From assembly GCA_030141605.1 (NCBI GenBank), contig JAQGDQ010000145.1, positions 372,001 to 436,000 on the forward strand: 64,000 bases of DNA, written 5' to 3'. Below the pieces are notes generated by a model, which was not told the DNA's origin, did not search any database, and was given only the letters and a program-made list of their open reading frames with translations. The position numbers were made by a program, and so were the translations under genes. Every line of letters starts with the position of its first letter. Positions within the stretch are counted from its first letter, which is position 1. Shown one piece after another: positions 51,218-64,000 of the stretch. Source of the DNA: Tubiluchus corallicola (taxonomy: Eukaryota > Animalia > Priapulida).

Positions 51218-53056
51218 ACAAGCAACTATTTTTCTGTTGTTTTACTTAATTATTAGTAGGCGCTGTTTGTCGAAATTTTTATAACTGTATTGAAGTAGAA
51301 TCTAAATAATTTAATTATTATTACATTTTCTGGCAATAGAATGTGGGGCATTATTTGGACAATAAACGTAAGCTAAATTTAATTGAACAAGAGATCACGT
51401 GGATCTCGTATAATGCGCATGCTCTGTAAAAAATCTATCCAGGTCAAAATGAATTGCAATGTTTTGCAAAATTTTAAGATTAGGTCAATTAAACTTTAAG
51501 TGTTTATTGTACGCAGCGATGGGTAAGCCAAATTGATTTATCTTCGATTTTTCATGTACGTATGATAATTTAAAGAAAAATTATTTTAAATGCTTTGATA
51601 ATCAAGATATTTTAACCATTTAATGTCATATTTTTGAGAGTTGAAATAGCTCACTCGGCTGTGATTGCGTTTAGTTCCTGGTTAGATTGCAAGCAAAAAA
51701 TTCGGGTAACTTGACGGAAAACAGCACCTTATTATTTGCGGTTTTAGATAATCTAGTTTATGAAACACAAGCTGGTTTCGGTTTATTTGTGATTTTAATG
51801 TTTTAATCTTTGAAATAAAAGAGCAAAATAATAAAAAGTGTATCTCCTGTCAGGGAATATAGAACAAAAGTCACACTAGCTATCAACTTGGGACATTAAC
51901 GTCTTGCTGAAAACAATAGGGAATGTATAATGCCTTCATAAATTAGGTGTAAAAGCCTTGCATGTTTTGCACAGGAGGAGCATGCTAGAAGCAGTAACTT
52001 GAAAACTCAAGTATTAATTTTTTTTCTACTGAATTGAATGGCCTGGGAATTCACGAGATCTCAATCATGCCAAACACAGTGGAGCTATCCTAAAAGAAAG
52101 AATGGATGCTAAAATGTTAAAAATGTTTAAACTCATGATAGATTCACTGTTGTTTGAGCAATATTTTGGTGCAATAAATTGTTTCATTAGTGTTATCACT
52201 CGATCATTTGAAGCTGAGGAATCTTTGTCACAAGCGTGTGTACAAATGTGTCGCAAACGTCACAGAATTTCACAGTTGGTTATTGTAACGTTAACACTTA
52301 ATTTTAGCAACAAAATAAACACTAACCTGTGTGGTGAGTCAGGTTGGCAAGTTCAATTGTACTGATATTGGCTGTATGGACCATAAAATTTAGCCAGACT
52401 GGGACTTCGAAGGCATTTATTGATGGAGCCTCAACTATCTAAACTGATAGATTGTTTCCATCAAGCGCATTAGTAACCCTGGTTTATATTGTTCAAATCA
52501 TATTATCTCATTTTTTAATAGTTCCTTATTGTGGCCCCTTAGATTCCTCATGATTCATTTGTCCATGATATGAGGCAGCAGTAGATTATTTACTGAATTT
52601 GTCGATGCTGCGTATATTTGTTTTCTTTTTCTTAAAGTCTAAGGATGGGATCTTGAGTGGCAATGGTCTTTCTGTATATTCCGTGTCTGGAAGCCACTTA
52701 ATTCAGATATTTTATTTGAAATCATAGAGTACTTAGATAATTAATTTTTATGCTTGAATGTTGAAGTTAAGATTTTATTCTTAAGTAAGTACTACAACTA
52801 CTATTAGAACAGAATATCTAGTGTGCAGCTTGGTGTTCCTGACAAACTGATAATTTTCGGGTGTATCTGGTAAGTTGTTGTATCATGACAAATACACAAT
52901 TGTTTAATGCACTTAAATAAAAAAAAAATACTCATTTTTTAGGGAGGCTAATATCTAGTTATGGTGTGCAATAGCCTAAAAAGTTGTTGAAGAATTGGAT
53001 GCCATGAGACATCTGTTTGTTGATGCTGAGAGCTAGTATTATGTTTGCTCACAAAG

Positions 53057-56000
53057 ATGGCATCATTAAGTGACGGGTCACATACAGTTCATCATGTGGC
53101 AAGTAATGCTGGCCGAGAGCAAATCTTATCACATACTGAAGTCAAGCGTTCTGTGCAAGCAAAACCGCAGATGGTTGTCATGCCAACATTGCATCAAGAT
53201 GCTGCAAAATTGCCAAATACTGATCAGACGCCTAATGTAACATCCAGCATTTGTGAGGGAGGTAGAATGGAAAGTGGAATTGCGCAGTGCGCTTATGAGC
53301 AGAATATTATGCTTCAGAATGCCACACATCACAGAGCTGTCACAAACTTGAACAAATCTTCGTCTGGTACAATCCAACACTATAAACCAGTTCTACAAAA
53401 GCCACCAGATATATGTCAGTCTTCTCATCGGAGTGGCATACGTCCGCCTCCGCCTTTGCTGCCGAGGATCATTGATAATTTCGGTGGTCAGCAGCAGCTC
53501 AGTCCCCGTCCACCAGTCTTTCAGCATCGTGTGATAGCACCATACACTCAACAGTTTAATCGTGGTCCAGTCCCGCCTCAGCAACAGTGCTTTTCACTAG
53601 GACAAATGGGTTTCAATATAAATGGACAAGCAGGGTTTGCCTTACCTGTGTCCCAAGTACAGGCGCCATATTTTAACACTTCCTTTGTAGATGCTTCTGC
53701 AGTTGGCAGGCCAATAGCGCCAGCAATAGTGCAAAGTAATTTTCCAAATGTTGGCTATATTCATAGTAACTGTGGTGCACCTTGCCAAGGACCCAACATT
53801 ATTCCAAATAATTTCAATGCCATTGCAGCATTAGGTATGGATCCACATGCAAGTCCAATGGTGTTGCAGACTGTTCCGTCTTCAGTGGGTGTTTTTCTGC
53901 CTCAAGGTAGTCTGATGGTGGCTCCAAATCCTCTTGTATTAAACAATGAATGTTTACCAACTTCAAATGTGCCACCTAATCGCATTGCTTCTGTTATTCC
54001 AAATAATACGGTGATAAATGACTTGCAAAAGCCAGTTCTTCCTAGTTTTGAAGGTTTGTCTGCTGCAGCTTGTTTGACCAATTCACAAAGGGATGCTACT
54101 TCTAAGCACAGTATTAATTATTCTTCTACGTGTGCTTCGTCACTCAATTTACCACTTGTACTAGAGGGAATGTCAGTAACATCAATGAAACAACTAACAA
54201 AACCACCAGTATCTATTAGCACTGCATCAATTGCTCCCCAGCCACCTTTAGTCACAGTACCGTTTGGGTGGAAAAGAATGTTGATCGACAATTCTATTGT
54301 CTACTGTAGGTAAGTGAGAATCCTAAAAAAATTCCTTTAGTTACTAGCCTTATTTTAAATTGATCTATTATAATTACAAAAATTGCTTACAATTTTGTAT
54401 AGTTTAGCTTTATAGTCAATTTGTGTGACACATTTTCATGTGCATTGTAGTTTCTGTGGTTTCAACTAATTATAAAAGCTAATTATGCCAATTATTATTT
54501 TCAGTCCAAGTGGAGTGTTCTTAACTTCAGTGGAGCAAGTTAAACAATACCTTCAGACAGCTGGAACTTGCAAATGTGGTCTAGAATGCCCTATGATCAT
54601 GAACAAATGTTTTAACTTTAATCCACATGTGCTCTCTGTACCATGGTGTCCTGGTGATTCGGCAACTAATGACGATTTAACAAAACTGTGCAACCACAAA
54701 CGAAAGCTGATCATTATGGCTAGTCTGCAGAATTCTGTGACTAACACACAGGTGCAATGTCAGTCAGTGTCATTGCAGGACACTAGTGTACACACATTGG
54801 GTAATGCCACACAGCAGCATTGTTCTACATATTCACATTCAGCTCAGTCAAAGAACAAAGGTATCAAGTCAGTATGTTAATATAAAAGTAGTATTGATGG
54901 TTCTAAAATAATTAGTTTCCATTTGGTTTCCGAGTGGGATATTTCTACCGAGTTTCAACTTGAAAATGGAGGCATTATTTATAATACGATATCCATCGTT
55001 GGAATATTTAAAATTTAAATGACACTGTCTGTTATGGGCTTCTACTGTAGATACCTGCTAGCAGACTATTTAGTATTAACTGCTGCATTGGCAGTGCACC
55101 AGGCCAACAGCCAGTAGGGATATAGCAGATCAAATCATATTTGCTGTAGGGGTGACTTACAAAAACAAACTATGATTTCTTTTCCAAGCAGTTAATTATC
55201 CAAATGAAATTGTTTATTATCCTTTAAAAACCTATTTCAGGCCACTAACAAAGATACGAATAAATGGATTGTTAAGTTTAACAGCACACAGAAAGGATAA
55301 TATAGATTATTTTATTGCCGTAATCCCTGTGCTGAATTAATAGTGCTCAGCCAAGTTTGCAATGAAGTACATGACATTACATGTATACATATATTATTTT
55401 GACTAGTGAATTCCTGTGTGTAAATTAATTTTAAATAATTTGTCAACATTTGTTTATCTTAAAATTTAAGTCATGTTTTTTCCTTATAGCCAAAACTAAG
55501 AAAGCAAGACAGAAACAGTCAAACCCCTATGACGGCATGCTGGTGTCAAAGTTATTAGAACAACGTGAAAAGATGGCAAAAGTTGCGGCAGCAGCTGCAG
55601 CAAGCCAAGTTGCCAGTAAAGCACAAGTTGACAGTGCAACAAGTATTGTGCCATCTTTCAGTACAAGTCCACTTAACACATCTTTAACATCAGATGTAAG
55701 TAAAAATATTATTGTCCAAAAAAGTTGAATTGTCTTTCATTTATAACTCTTATTTCTAATTTAGTAATTTGTTTTCAATAAATTTCTTCATTTTTGTCAA
55801 TGCAGTAATCGCCAATTGATAAAACCACTACAGGATCAGCAATTATTATGTGGTTACATGTTGTAAGCATGTGTATTTGGCGAAATACATAAGCAATATA
55901 TGCCGCACACATATGCTCAAGATGTTCACCTTAACTGATGTTAACTACATGCATCACTTTTATATTTTAACTGCACTACCAATTTTATGTGCATCTAGTT

Positions 56001-59000
56001 AGTTTTATCATTTATTTTTGTAACCAAGGAATACATGCAAACTTATTCATTTACTCAAATTCATTTTATTTAATCCCTATTTTTGGTTTTGCTTTTACGT
56101 ATTTAAAAATACGTTCTGTTGATTTGCACTGTTAGTAATTGTTAGAATTTGCACTGTTAGAATTCTCTTAGGAATTCACGTATTTTACACTGACACAATT
56201 CATTGTTTTCCATTAAATTTTCTTAACATCCTGGCCCTTGTAAACTTGTTTGCAAGTGGTGTAGGCAAGCCCGCATTTCTCAGACAGTGTCTTCTTTCGA
56301 AACCCAATGTTTTTTTAAAGTTCCATTTAGTATTCAAACTAGTCCTGGTTCAGCCATAACTGGTTCAGATTCAACAGCAATAGCCCTGCCTTCCAAATCC
56401 AAGTTAAATCATCCCTTTTTCCAACAAGTGACAATTGTGCTTGAAGAGACCTTTGTCCAAGCTCCAGATAACGTGAGCATAGTGTCAAGTAGACTGAGTT
56501 TTTAAGTGACATTCTTTCCAATTATTTAACTGTTCAGTCCAGTTTGCACCAGTCATCCACTGGTGTTACTGGAATTTTTTCATAAAACAGAAAAGTTTTA
56601 ACATTTTTGAAACACTGTAGATTCTGTGGTTTACCAATGATTATTAACATTTTTTCGCATTGTCCATACTACGACAAACAAGTACAGTCAAATGGTGCTT
56701 TGGCTGTTTTAAATCCATGACCATGTCAGTATTGTTCTCTGGCGACATCAGGTAAAGCTCTACAGTAAATCCTCGTTTTATCAACCTTAAAAATTTGAGA
56801 AGGCTGGTACAGTTTGAATATGTCATAGAGGTGCTCTGGTTTCCACCGATTTGCAATATCAACATCTGCTTCTGCAGCTTCTTAAACATCAGGTTATTCT
56901 GTTTTTTCCAACGTGTAAACCAACCGTCTTTTGCTTTAAAATCTTTTTTTGTCGTCGTGTAAACTGTAAACCAACCGTCTGTTGCTTTAAAATCTTTTTT
57001 GTCGTCGTGTAAACTGTAAACCAACCGTCTGTTGCTTTAAAATCTTTTCTGTCTATGTTTGTGCATTTTTTACTTTTTAGCACAAAATGGTTTGTTGGCA
57101 GGTGTATGTTTTGTTCTCACGCAGTCAAACCACTGTAGTAATCCAGTTTCTACATCCTTGTACTTTCCAGAATGATTTAATTTCTTTGTTTTTCCTCTTT
57201 CTCCCAAACGTTTCATTTTCCAGTAAACTTCCAGTTCAATAGGATGCGAGACCCCTCTAAAGTCTCAACTGCTTCCTGCTGGCTACAGGGTTGCAGCCCC
57301 TTAAATTTATCTAGGAACTCTAATTTCCACTGTCTGTACGTTTCTGTTCGCCTGGTGTAATTTTTAAGGGTTGTTCTACATTAATGAAGCAGTGAGCTAA
57401 TTTGCATGCCTTCTGAAGGACTTAGTTGCACAACAGCGATTCAGAAAACAGACTAAAATGTACTTCAGCATCTGCACACATGAAGTGGGTATGATGAAAC
57501 TATTGACTTGAGTTTTCAGTTTGACTTTGGCTAAAAAGCGAATCTAGGAAATGCAACAAATTTCGACGTAGCAAACGGACCGTGCCTGAAGGGTTCTAAA
57601 ATGCTGCTGGTTTTATTATCTGTGGTTTTATTAAGCGGCTACTACTGTATAAATAATTGTTTACTTAATACAAGGATAGAATAACAAATGCACTTGAAAT
57701 TGTCTGATCTTAATTATTAATAATTAATTTGTTTGCTGAGGTGGTATTTGTTAATTGATATATTGCTTTATGTTTAGATTATATCGGAGAAATCGCTCTT
57801 GGAAAATGTGTCAAGTTTTGCACAGCCTAGGTCTGCATTACCCACCGTGTCTTTTAGTACCAACACGTCATTCTCTGCTTCGGAAGCAACGTCTTTTCGT
57901 AATTCTTCAATTTCACATACTGGCAATCATGCATTAAACCGAGTGAATGGTGACAGCGCTGCTATACAGAATTTACAATCAAGCGTAAATCCTTCTCATG
58001 TTGATGAATCTAGTTTGTGTAAGGATAAAATCTCCGAAGAATCAGGAGCCAAAGTTGTGACAGAACTTGTTTCTAAGTCAAAGAGAGGGCGTAAGAAGCG
58101 AAAGGCAAAGCTACAGGCAAAAGTTCAAAGAAAGCAACAATGTCCTAATGTAGATGTTCGTCAGCTTTTACAGGAAACAATGCCAATAGTTCATACTACA
58201 GTGTCTTTCTTAGAAAACCCAACAGCTTACCTTGCCCAACAGACAGCTTTGTTGAACCAGTCGATGTCTTCTCAACAACAAAGACCTTTCACGCCCAGCT
58301 GTGATACAAAGCCAAGTGCACATGTATCATCTCCTACTTCTCTGCCTGCTGTACTACACCCACATAGACAATCACACACGAATGTCATGACATACACTGA
58401 TAATGTCTGTTCAGAAAATGACAGCAAAACAAATTTTACTGGTAATTCTTCTTCTGTGACTCTGGTATCAACCGAATGTAGTGTCAGCTTTCCGGCAAGT
58501 AGTTTGTTGACCGCAGCTGCGCGAGGAGCAAAATTAGCGCATGCACACGGTGCTGTGAAACAGTCGTCTCTGAAGAGTATAGTGACAAGATTACCTGAAA
58601 CTAATATGAATGAACTACATCCTGTGATTAACCCTAGAGTTTTATTGAATCCGGATATTTCAAAATACTGTGATTGTGAGTTGAGTAACTGTAGAGATGA
58701 AATAGGCTTCTTATGTGATCAGGAGAGCCTAACGTGTAAAGTTGAATGTGCCTCAAAGACCAAAACTTCGTCATCTTTAGACTTGGCACCTCCTGTCATA
58801 GTTACGTTAGAGTCTAAATGTTCCCGAGCATCTCAAAATCAAGCAAGTTTTTTTGCTTCTTCTTGCACAACCTCTGCTACAAATATTAAAAATTTTGTCA
58901 GTGTAACCACTGCTTCTGCAATGTCATCGCCAATAATCTCTACTAATTTGACGACATTAGCTGCTACACTGTCAACAACGACTGTTGTTACAAATAGCAT

Positions 59001-62000
59001 ACCGAGAGTCATACCAGCTTTGGAAGAATCACAAACAAAAAACCTTCCCGTGGGTACAACAAATAACACTAAGCATGCTTTTAGATCTAATGCAATGTTT
59101 GTGCAAGATTTACAGCCTACTGAAATGCAAAGCTTTGCCAGTGATGGACCTGTACCTCAATCTCTGAACATGTTGGCACAACCTAATTCTTTAACAATGC
59201 CTAATAACATAAATTATCCAAATGCTGATTATGATGCTATTAATATGTCAGGAAATGAATTGTCGCACACACTTCATCAGAATTTTTCTTTGCCTGCAAG
59301 TGGTCATCTTTCGGGAAACTTGACTTTTAATGGTAGCCAGGAAAACATTCTTTCTGAAGAGTCGTTCATTCAGCAAGGTATGTGTGGTCAGCAGATGGAA
59401 GGAATGATACCTCATCTAATGCCTTCTCAACATCTATCTAGTCATAATTTTGTTCCCATGGACTGCCAGAATTTTATGTCAGAACAATACCTTTCTGATA
59501 CACAACAACGTGGTACTAAAAGGAAGCAAATGAATAATCAGATGGCAGACAGCATAGCTGGAGTTTTACAAGCAAACTCCGTACCATCTCAGCAGGTAAT
59601 GTTGGTAACTCCTCAACAACCAGCTCCACAGCCACAGCTGGGTGTTGTGCAGCATGGTTTGGTGTTGTCAGGTACTGTTACTCAGCAGCAAAGTCAGTTG
59701 TTGCCTCATAATATTCTAATACCTAATCCGGATTCAATGGTTCAGCAGCAACAGCAGCAGGTTGTCCTGTGTCAGCCAACGCTTGCTCCTGATATGCAGG
59801 GAATGATGGCTAATATTCAAGGGACACCTTTGCCGCAGTTCTCACAAAATCAATCTCAAATACCCGGAAGTGACCCAGTAGCTCAGCAAAACATGATGAT
59901 ACAAATGTTACTGCAGGCACTGCTGAATGCAAATCCTAATTTGGATATTCAGAGTGTTCTTCCTAGTCTACAGAATATTGTTACTCAAACACTCGGACAA
60001 AATTCTCAATTTGGCCAGCAGTTAATAAGCAATGCTGGAAATTTCATTAGTGGCATGCAGGTTAATTCAGCTGCCCCATTGATAGCTCAACAGCAGCCAC
60101 TCATGTATGGTAGCATGCAACTTCTTCAAGGTGGTACAGTTGTTCCTCAAGTTGATCCGCAACAATTCCTGCAACAACAACAGCAACAACACTTTATGCA
60201 GCAGCAACAACAACAGAATGTTATGTACAACACTGGTCAGTTTATGTCTGAAGATTATTGTCTGCTTGGTGCCGGGAAGGATGGACCACAATTGACTCCA
60301 CAAGCTATGTTAAGGCAGCTGATGATAGGAGGAAGCCAGGATCCAAGTGGCCCTACAGGAACTATGCCTCCATCCACTCAAGTAAGACTTGTTAAATTTT
60401 TAATGATTCTGAAAAAAATTGATGATGTTAAAGCTTGTGTTGTTAGTATATGTAAGAGAGTAGCTGTCATTTTTTCTTTTTAACTCTCACCTAGAAATGA
60501 TTTGCACTTGCTTTGCTAGGACATATCATGTTTTATTAGGTTTTGACCAGCTGGACATTGTGTTAGTTTCATCAGCTTTTTTATTAAAGGAAAACAGGAT
60601 AATTTTTCATATTCTACCTAGTTTTGAAGTACTGTAAAAAGTATACATTTTAAAATCTATAATAATAGCAAAGCATTTCTGATAATTAAATAATAGGTTA
60701 AAAACTTAATTAATGGTTGGTGAACCCAACTAGTGATGATGTCACAACTGAATGTAATTATCAATAGCACAAGCATTCCATGAGCGTGTTGCACGTGTTT
60801 ACAAAAGGGAAAATTGAAGTACAGTGATACTGTATAACAACATTCGGTGCGATATACAAAAAGTTGGCAAATTTTAAGTTTAAAATTTAAATTTCAAGTT
60901 TACAGCTGTGCTCACGTATGAGATTTCAAACGTGTGTACTATGTCACAATCGAACGCCTTTAAACTGAGAGGTACCACACCTGTTTTCCATGCAACATGT
61001 TGCATAGATTCAGATGCTAGTGCCCATCTATCTAGCAAAATTACTCTTGTGCGGCAATAATTCTTTCAGGTAAGCCTTTCTTGAAAAAATAGCTTGTTCT
61101 CTTTCCATATTTTATATATTTCGCTGTTTTGAGCTATAGTTTAAGTTTTTCTTTATAAGAGTAACATTTTCGTTGTAACACATTTCACACTTCATGTTTT
61201 TTTTACCGCAGGTGATCTTAGCGAATGGTGCAGCTCAACCAGTAAATGCACTTAATCCTATTCCTGCACAGAACAGTTTCACCTCCAACACATTTCTTGT
61301 GAGTCATCAAACAGTTATTCAGAATATTCAGCAACCGTTACACAATGTAGTCGTCGACCAAGGTGTCACTGCCAGTTTATTGTCAGGTAGTACTTCTGGA
61401 TTTATTCCGCAGCCAAGTAATATTGGAGTCGTAGGAGTGTGTCCAAGTACGGAAACTCCTGTCATGACTACTCCAGCGGCCACCTTATCTGAATCTATTA
61501 AAAATGACAAAGATGTAGTACCAAACCGTGAATCTGTTTCCAGTTCGCTTAGTTCTGATTTTTCCGAGAGTGGGGAGGTTGTAGCTTGTGATCGACAGTC
61601 AACTAGCCGAGATTCAGGTACCTCGTCTCAAGGCGATGATGCAGGAGAAATTGGAAACAAAGTCCTAGATGGCAAAAGCCAAAGTTCTGATTCTGGGCTA
61701 GAAACAACTCCTCAACATATCCAAGATGATGACATGCTACAGGACAATGAATCAGTAGTCTCTCTTAACAACAATGTGCCCACTGACATAAAACTGAAGA
61801 AAGTTCATCGTAAGGGATGGAGTGGTGTTATTGTTGCTGGTATAACTGAGGTGGGTGGTAGGAATGATGATGATGAGGATGATGATGATGATGATGCTAA
61901 TCACACAAGCGACGACGGAGAATCACAAAGTGAAGGTATAGCATTATTTTTTTAATTTAGTTTGGCATTTTGCAAGTCACCATTTATGACTCTATAGTAT

Positions 62001-63937
62001 AACCTTTTTATTATATTGATGGTTGTGGCAGGACTGTGATCTAGCTAATTAATAAGAATGACCATCTGAGGTGAGATGTACCGAAAGAGCAGAGGTGCTT
62101 TACTTTTGTTCTAATTTACTTGTGTTTATGTCACCTTCCTCAAAGGGATAGATATGGCAGACGATATAGTAGATGAAACGCCTTCGCAGATGTAAGTGTG
62201 GTAGATGTAAGGAGTTTCCGTGGTAGTCCCCTAACCATCACTAACCAAGCCTGCTGTTGCTAATCTTTTGCTTAACAACGGTATTAAGTGCACACTATGG
62301 TTATTATTTAATTTGCTGGCCTTATTAATTTTAAAATGTTTAATACATTGTATTGTTCCTTCAGCAAATGCCATTATAAAGTTTATATATTTGTTTATTT
62401 GATTCTTGGCATATAGATGTTTGCATTTATGTAACACCTTTATTGAGACATGCACTTTCTGAAAGTATTCGTAAAGCCATTTGGTAGTCAAGCATGAGTC
62501 CTGTCACTGTCTTTATTTTCTGTATTTTATTACAGGCTTTATTGAAAAGCTTTGTGTTCATAATAATAGCCATTTACCAATGGCCTAGTTCAAGTGAATA
62601 ATTTTTAATCTGTGGGCAGTGGATTCAGCAAGTCAATATACACATTGATTTTTCATTATGTTGCGCACCGAATTTTAGGCATTTGCCCTAGACGGGAGCC
62701 AAAATGTGGAAATTGGGCAAACTGCTCAATCGCACTGGGTCAGGCATAGTCAAGTGATAATTAGTCACATTCACCATGCATACTGGTCAATCTGACATGA
62801 GCGTAATAATTTACAGTTTTTGATGTGAGTAAATCACACTAGACCAGGTATAATCAAGTCTTTAACATTGTCAAAGAACTGGATCCGATTTCATTCATTC
62901 ACATTTGAAGAAATGATGTCGTAAAACAATTGAAATACACTGTTTTCTCATTGAGCTATTCATTTTTTCTTAACTTTTATACTACTGCTCAGTTAAATTT
63001 GTTAAAATCGAGCTTACATTCATTTCAGATGATAAAGAAGATGAAGATCATATTTCCAGAGCTTTCTCAGTGGGAGACGTAGTGTGGGGACAGTCTCACG
63101 GATTTCCGTCATGGCCAGGAAAGCTTGTTGCAAAGGAGGATGTTAACTTAAACCACGTGAAAGAATGGCAGACTGGGAATAAGATGGTAAGCCTAGAATT
63201 GCCAAAAATCATTCCTCTTTCTTTTTGACTAGGTATAAATAAATGGTCTTGTTGTGACTTGAAAAAAATGGTTGCCAAGGTATATTATGTAAAAAATTTT
63301 CACATGTAAGATTCTGTTGTTGCCAATGGGATGCTAGAGTTTAACTAGTTGATCTTGGTGGCTTAATCATATTTATGGTATATTTAATCCTGAAAATTTA
63401 TATAAAGTTGATTCCAACACTTGATTTTTTATTGTTTCTCCCATTACTCTTACTAGAATTAATATTGATAGGTTGGTGACATACTGCTAAAACATTGTAT
63501 TTTAGTTCTGCTGCTGACAAAGTTTGTAATTTTTGAACTTCTGACTGTTTCTGTATCATCCCATCTGCGTAAGTGCACAAGAAGAATGAAAATATTGAAT
63601 TTGTTTAGTTGATTCTGAAATTATTGTTTTGCTAGCAGTGATAATTGTTATAAATTCCCATGGTAAATGTGATGGCAGTCAGTATCTGACTGAAATATTT
63701 TGTGAGTTTTAACTGAAAAAGCCTTAATTGATGTTATAATGTGAAGTGACATAAACAACTTTACAACAACCTGCTTAGCAGATTGGATACTTGTATTTAG
63801 TGCAAATTGTCTGTTTTTCTGCAGGTGTGGGTTAAATGGTTTGGAATGAATTCTTACACTCAGGTAAATCCAGAACAGCTGAAATCTCTTTCAGATGGAC
63901 TAGAAGCTCATCATCGAGCTTGGCAAAAACAAAGAAG
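53057..63937 (+). CDS. MBD5: MBD5/MBD6-like protein (MBD + PWWP), 3'-incomplete, more than 1800 aa
   Basis: Exons 53057-54309, 54505-54860, 55490-55695, 57778-60381, 61212-61935, 63029-63186 and 63825-63937, phases consistent. MBD5-type MBD: VPFGWKR...SPSG...[17 protein letters not shown]...FNFNP and LCNHKRK. Also [11 protein letters not shown] and [26 protein letters not shown]...WFG...[11 protein letters not shown]. The start codon is the first in-frame ATG. Confidence 0.92.
55803..57647 (-). mobile_element. Degenerate Tigger/pogo DNA transposon in an MBD5 intron
   Basis: TIRs CAGTAATCGCCAATTGATAAAACCAC and (reverse complement) CAGTAGTAGCCGCTTAATAAAACCAC. Transposase remnants: [26 protein letters not shown] (CENP-B HTH) and LTVLVC. 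Internal tandem duplication of about 51 bp at about 56915-57048. Confidence 0.8.
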
Positions 63938-64000
63938 GTAACAGTCTGCATTTGCTAGGCCTGAACATTTTCAAGTAAATGTCAGTACGATGCACTGGTT

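Noticed and set aside
4342-63937. KIF23-ETNK-MBD5 as a functional gene cluster
   Set aside because: The functions are unrelated. The kinesins next to vertebrate MBD5/6 are KIF5 family, not KIF23, so there is no support for conserved linkage.

Overview
AT-rich, intron-rich genomic DNA from an invertebrate animal (taxon not determinable from this window). Three spliced genes were reconstructed by eye with consistent exon phases. KIF23/MKLP1 kinesin-6 is on the minus strand (25 coding exons, about 882 aa, one GC-AG intron). An ethanolamine kinase (ETNK) is on the plus strand (8 coding exons, about 348 aa), head-to-head with KIF23. An MBD5/6-like MBD+PWWP chromatin protein is on the plus strand and runs off the 3' end. 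Introns and intergenic DNA are full of transposons: a full-length RTE-clade LINE with an 11-bp TSD nested in an older RTE, a 5'-truncated CR1/L2-group LINE with a non-autonomous Helitron in its tail, Tigger/pogo, hAT and 9-bp-TSD MITEs, two solo LTRs, minisatellites and a 565-bp palindrome. The best hidden signal is an HDV-like self-cleaving ribozyme fold whose predicted cleavage site is exactly the first base of the RTE element, about 430 bp from the back of the putative ETNK promoter. Two intronic minisatellites are built from RFX X-box-like and p53 half-site-like motifs. Most short ORFs in the supplied track are spurious. I found no evidence of a wholly new system; the best findings are new instances of known classes.
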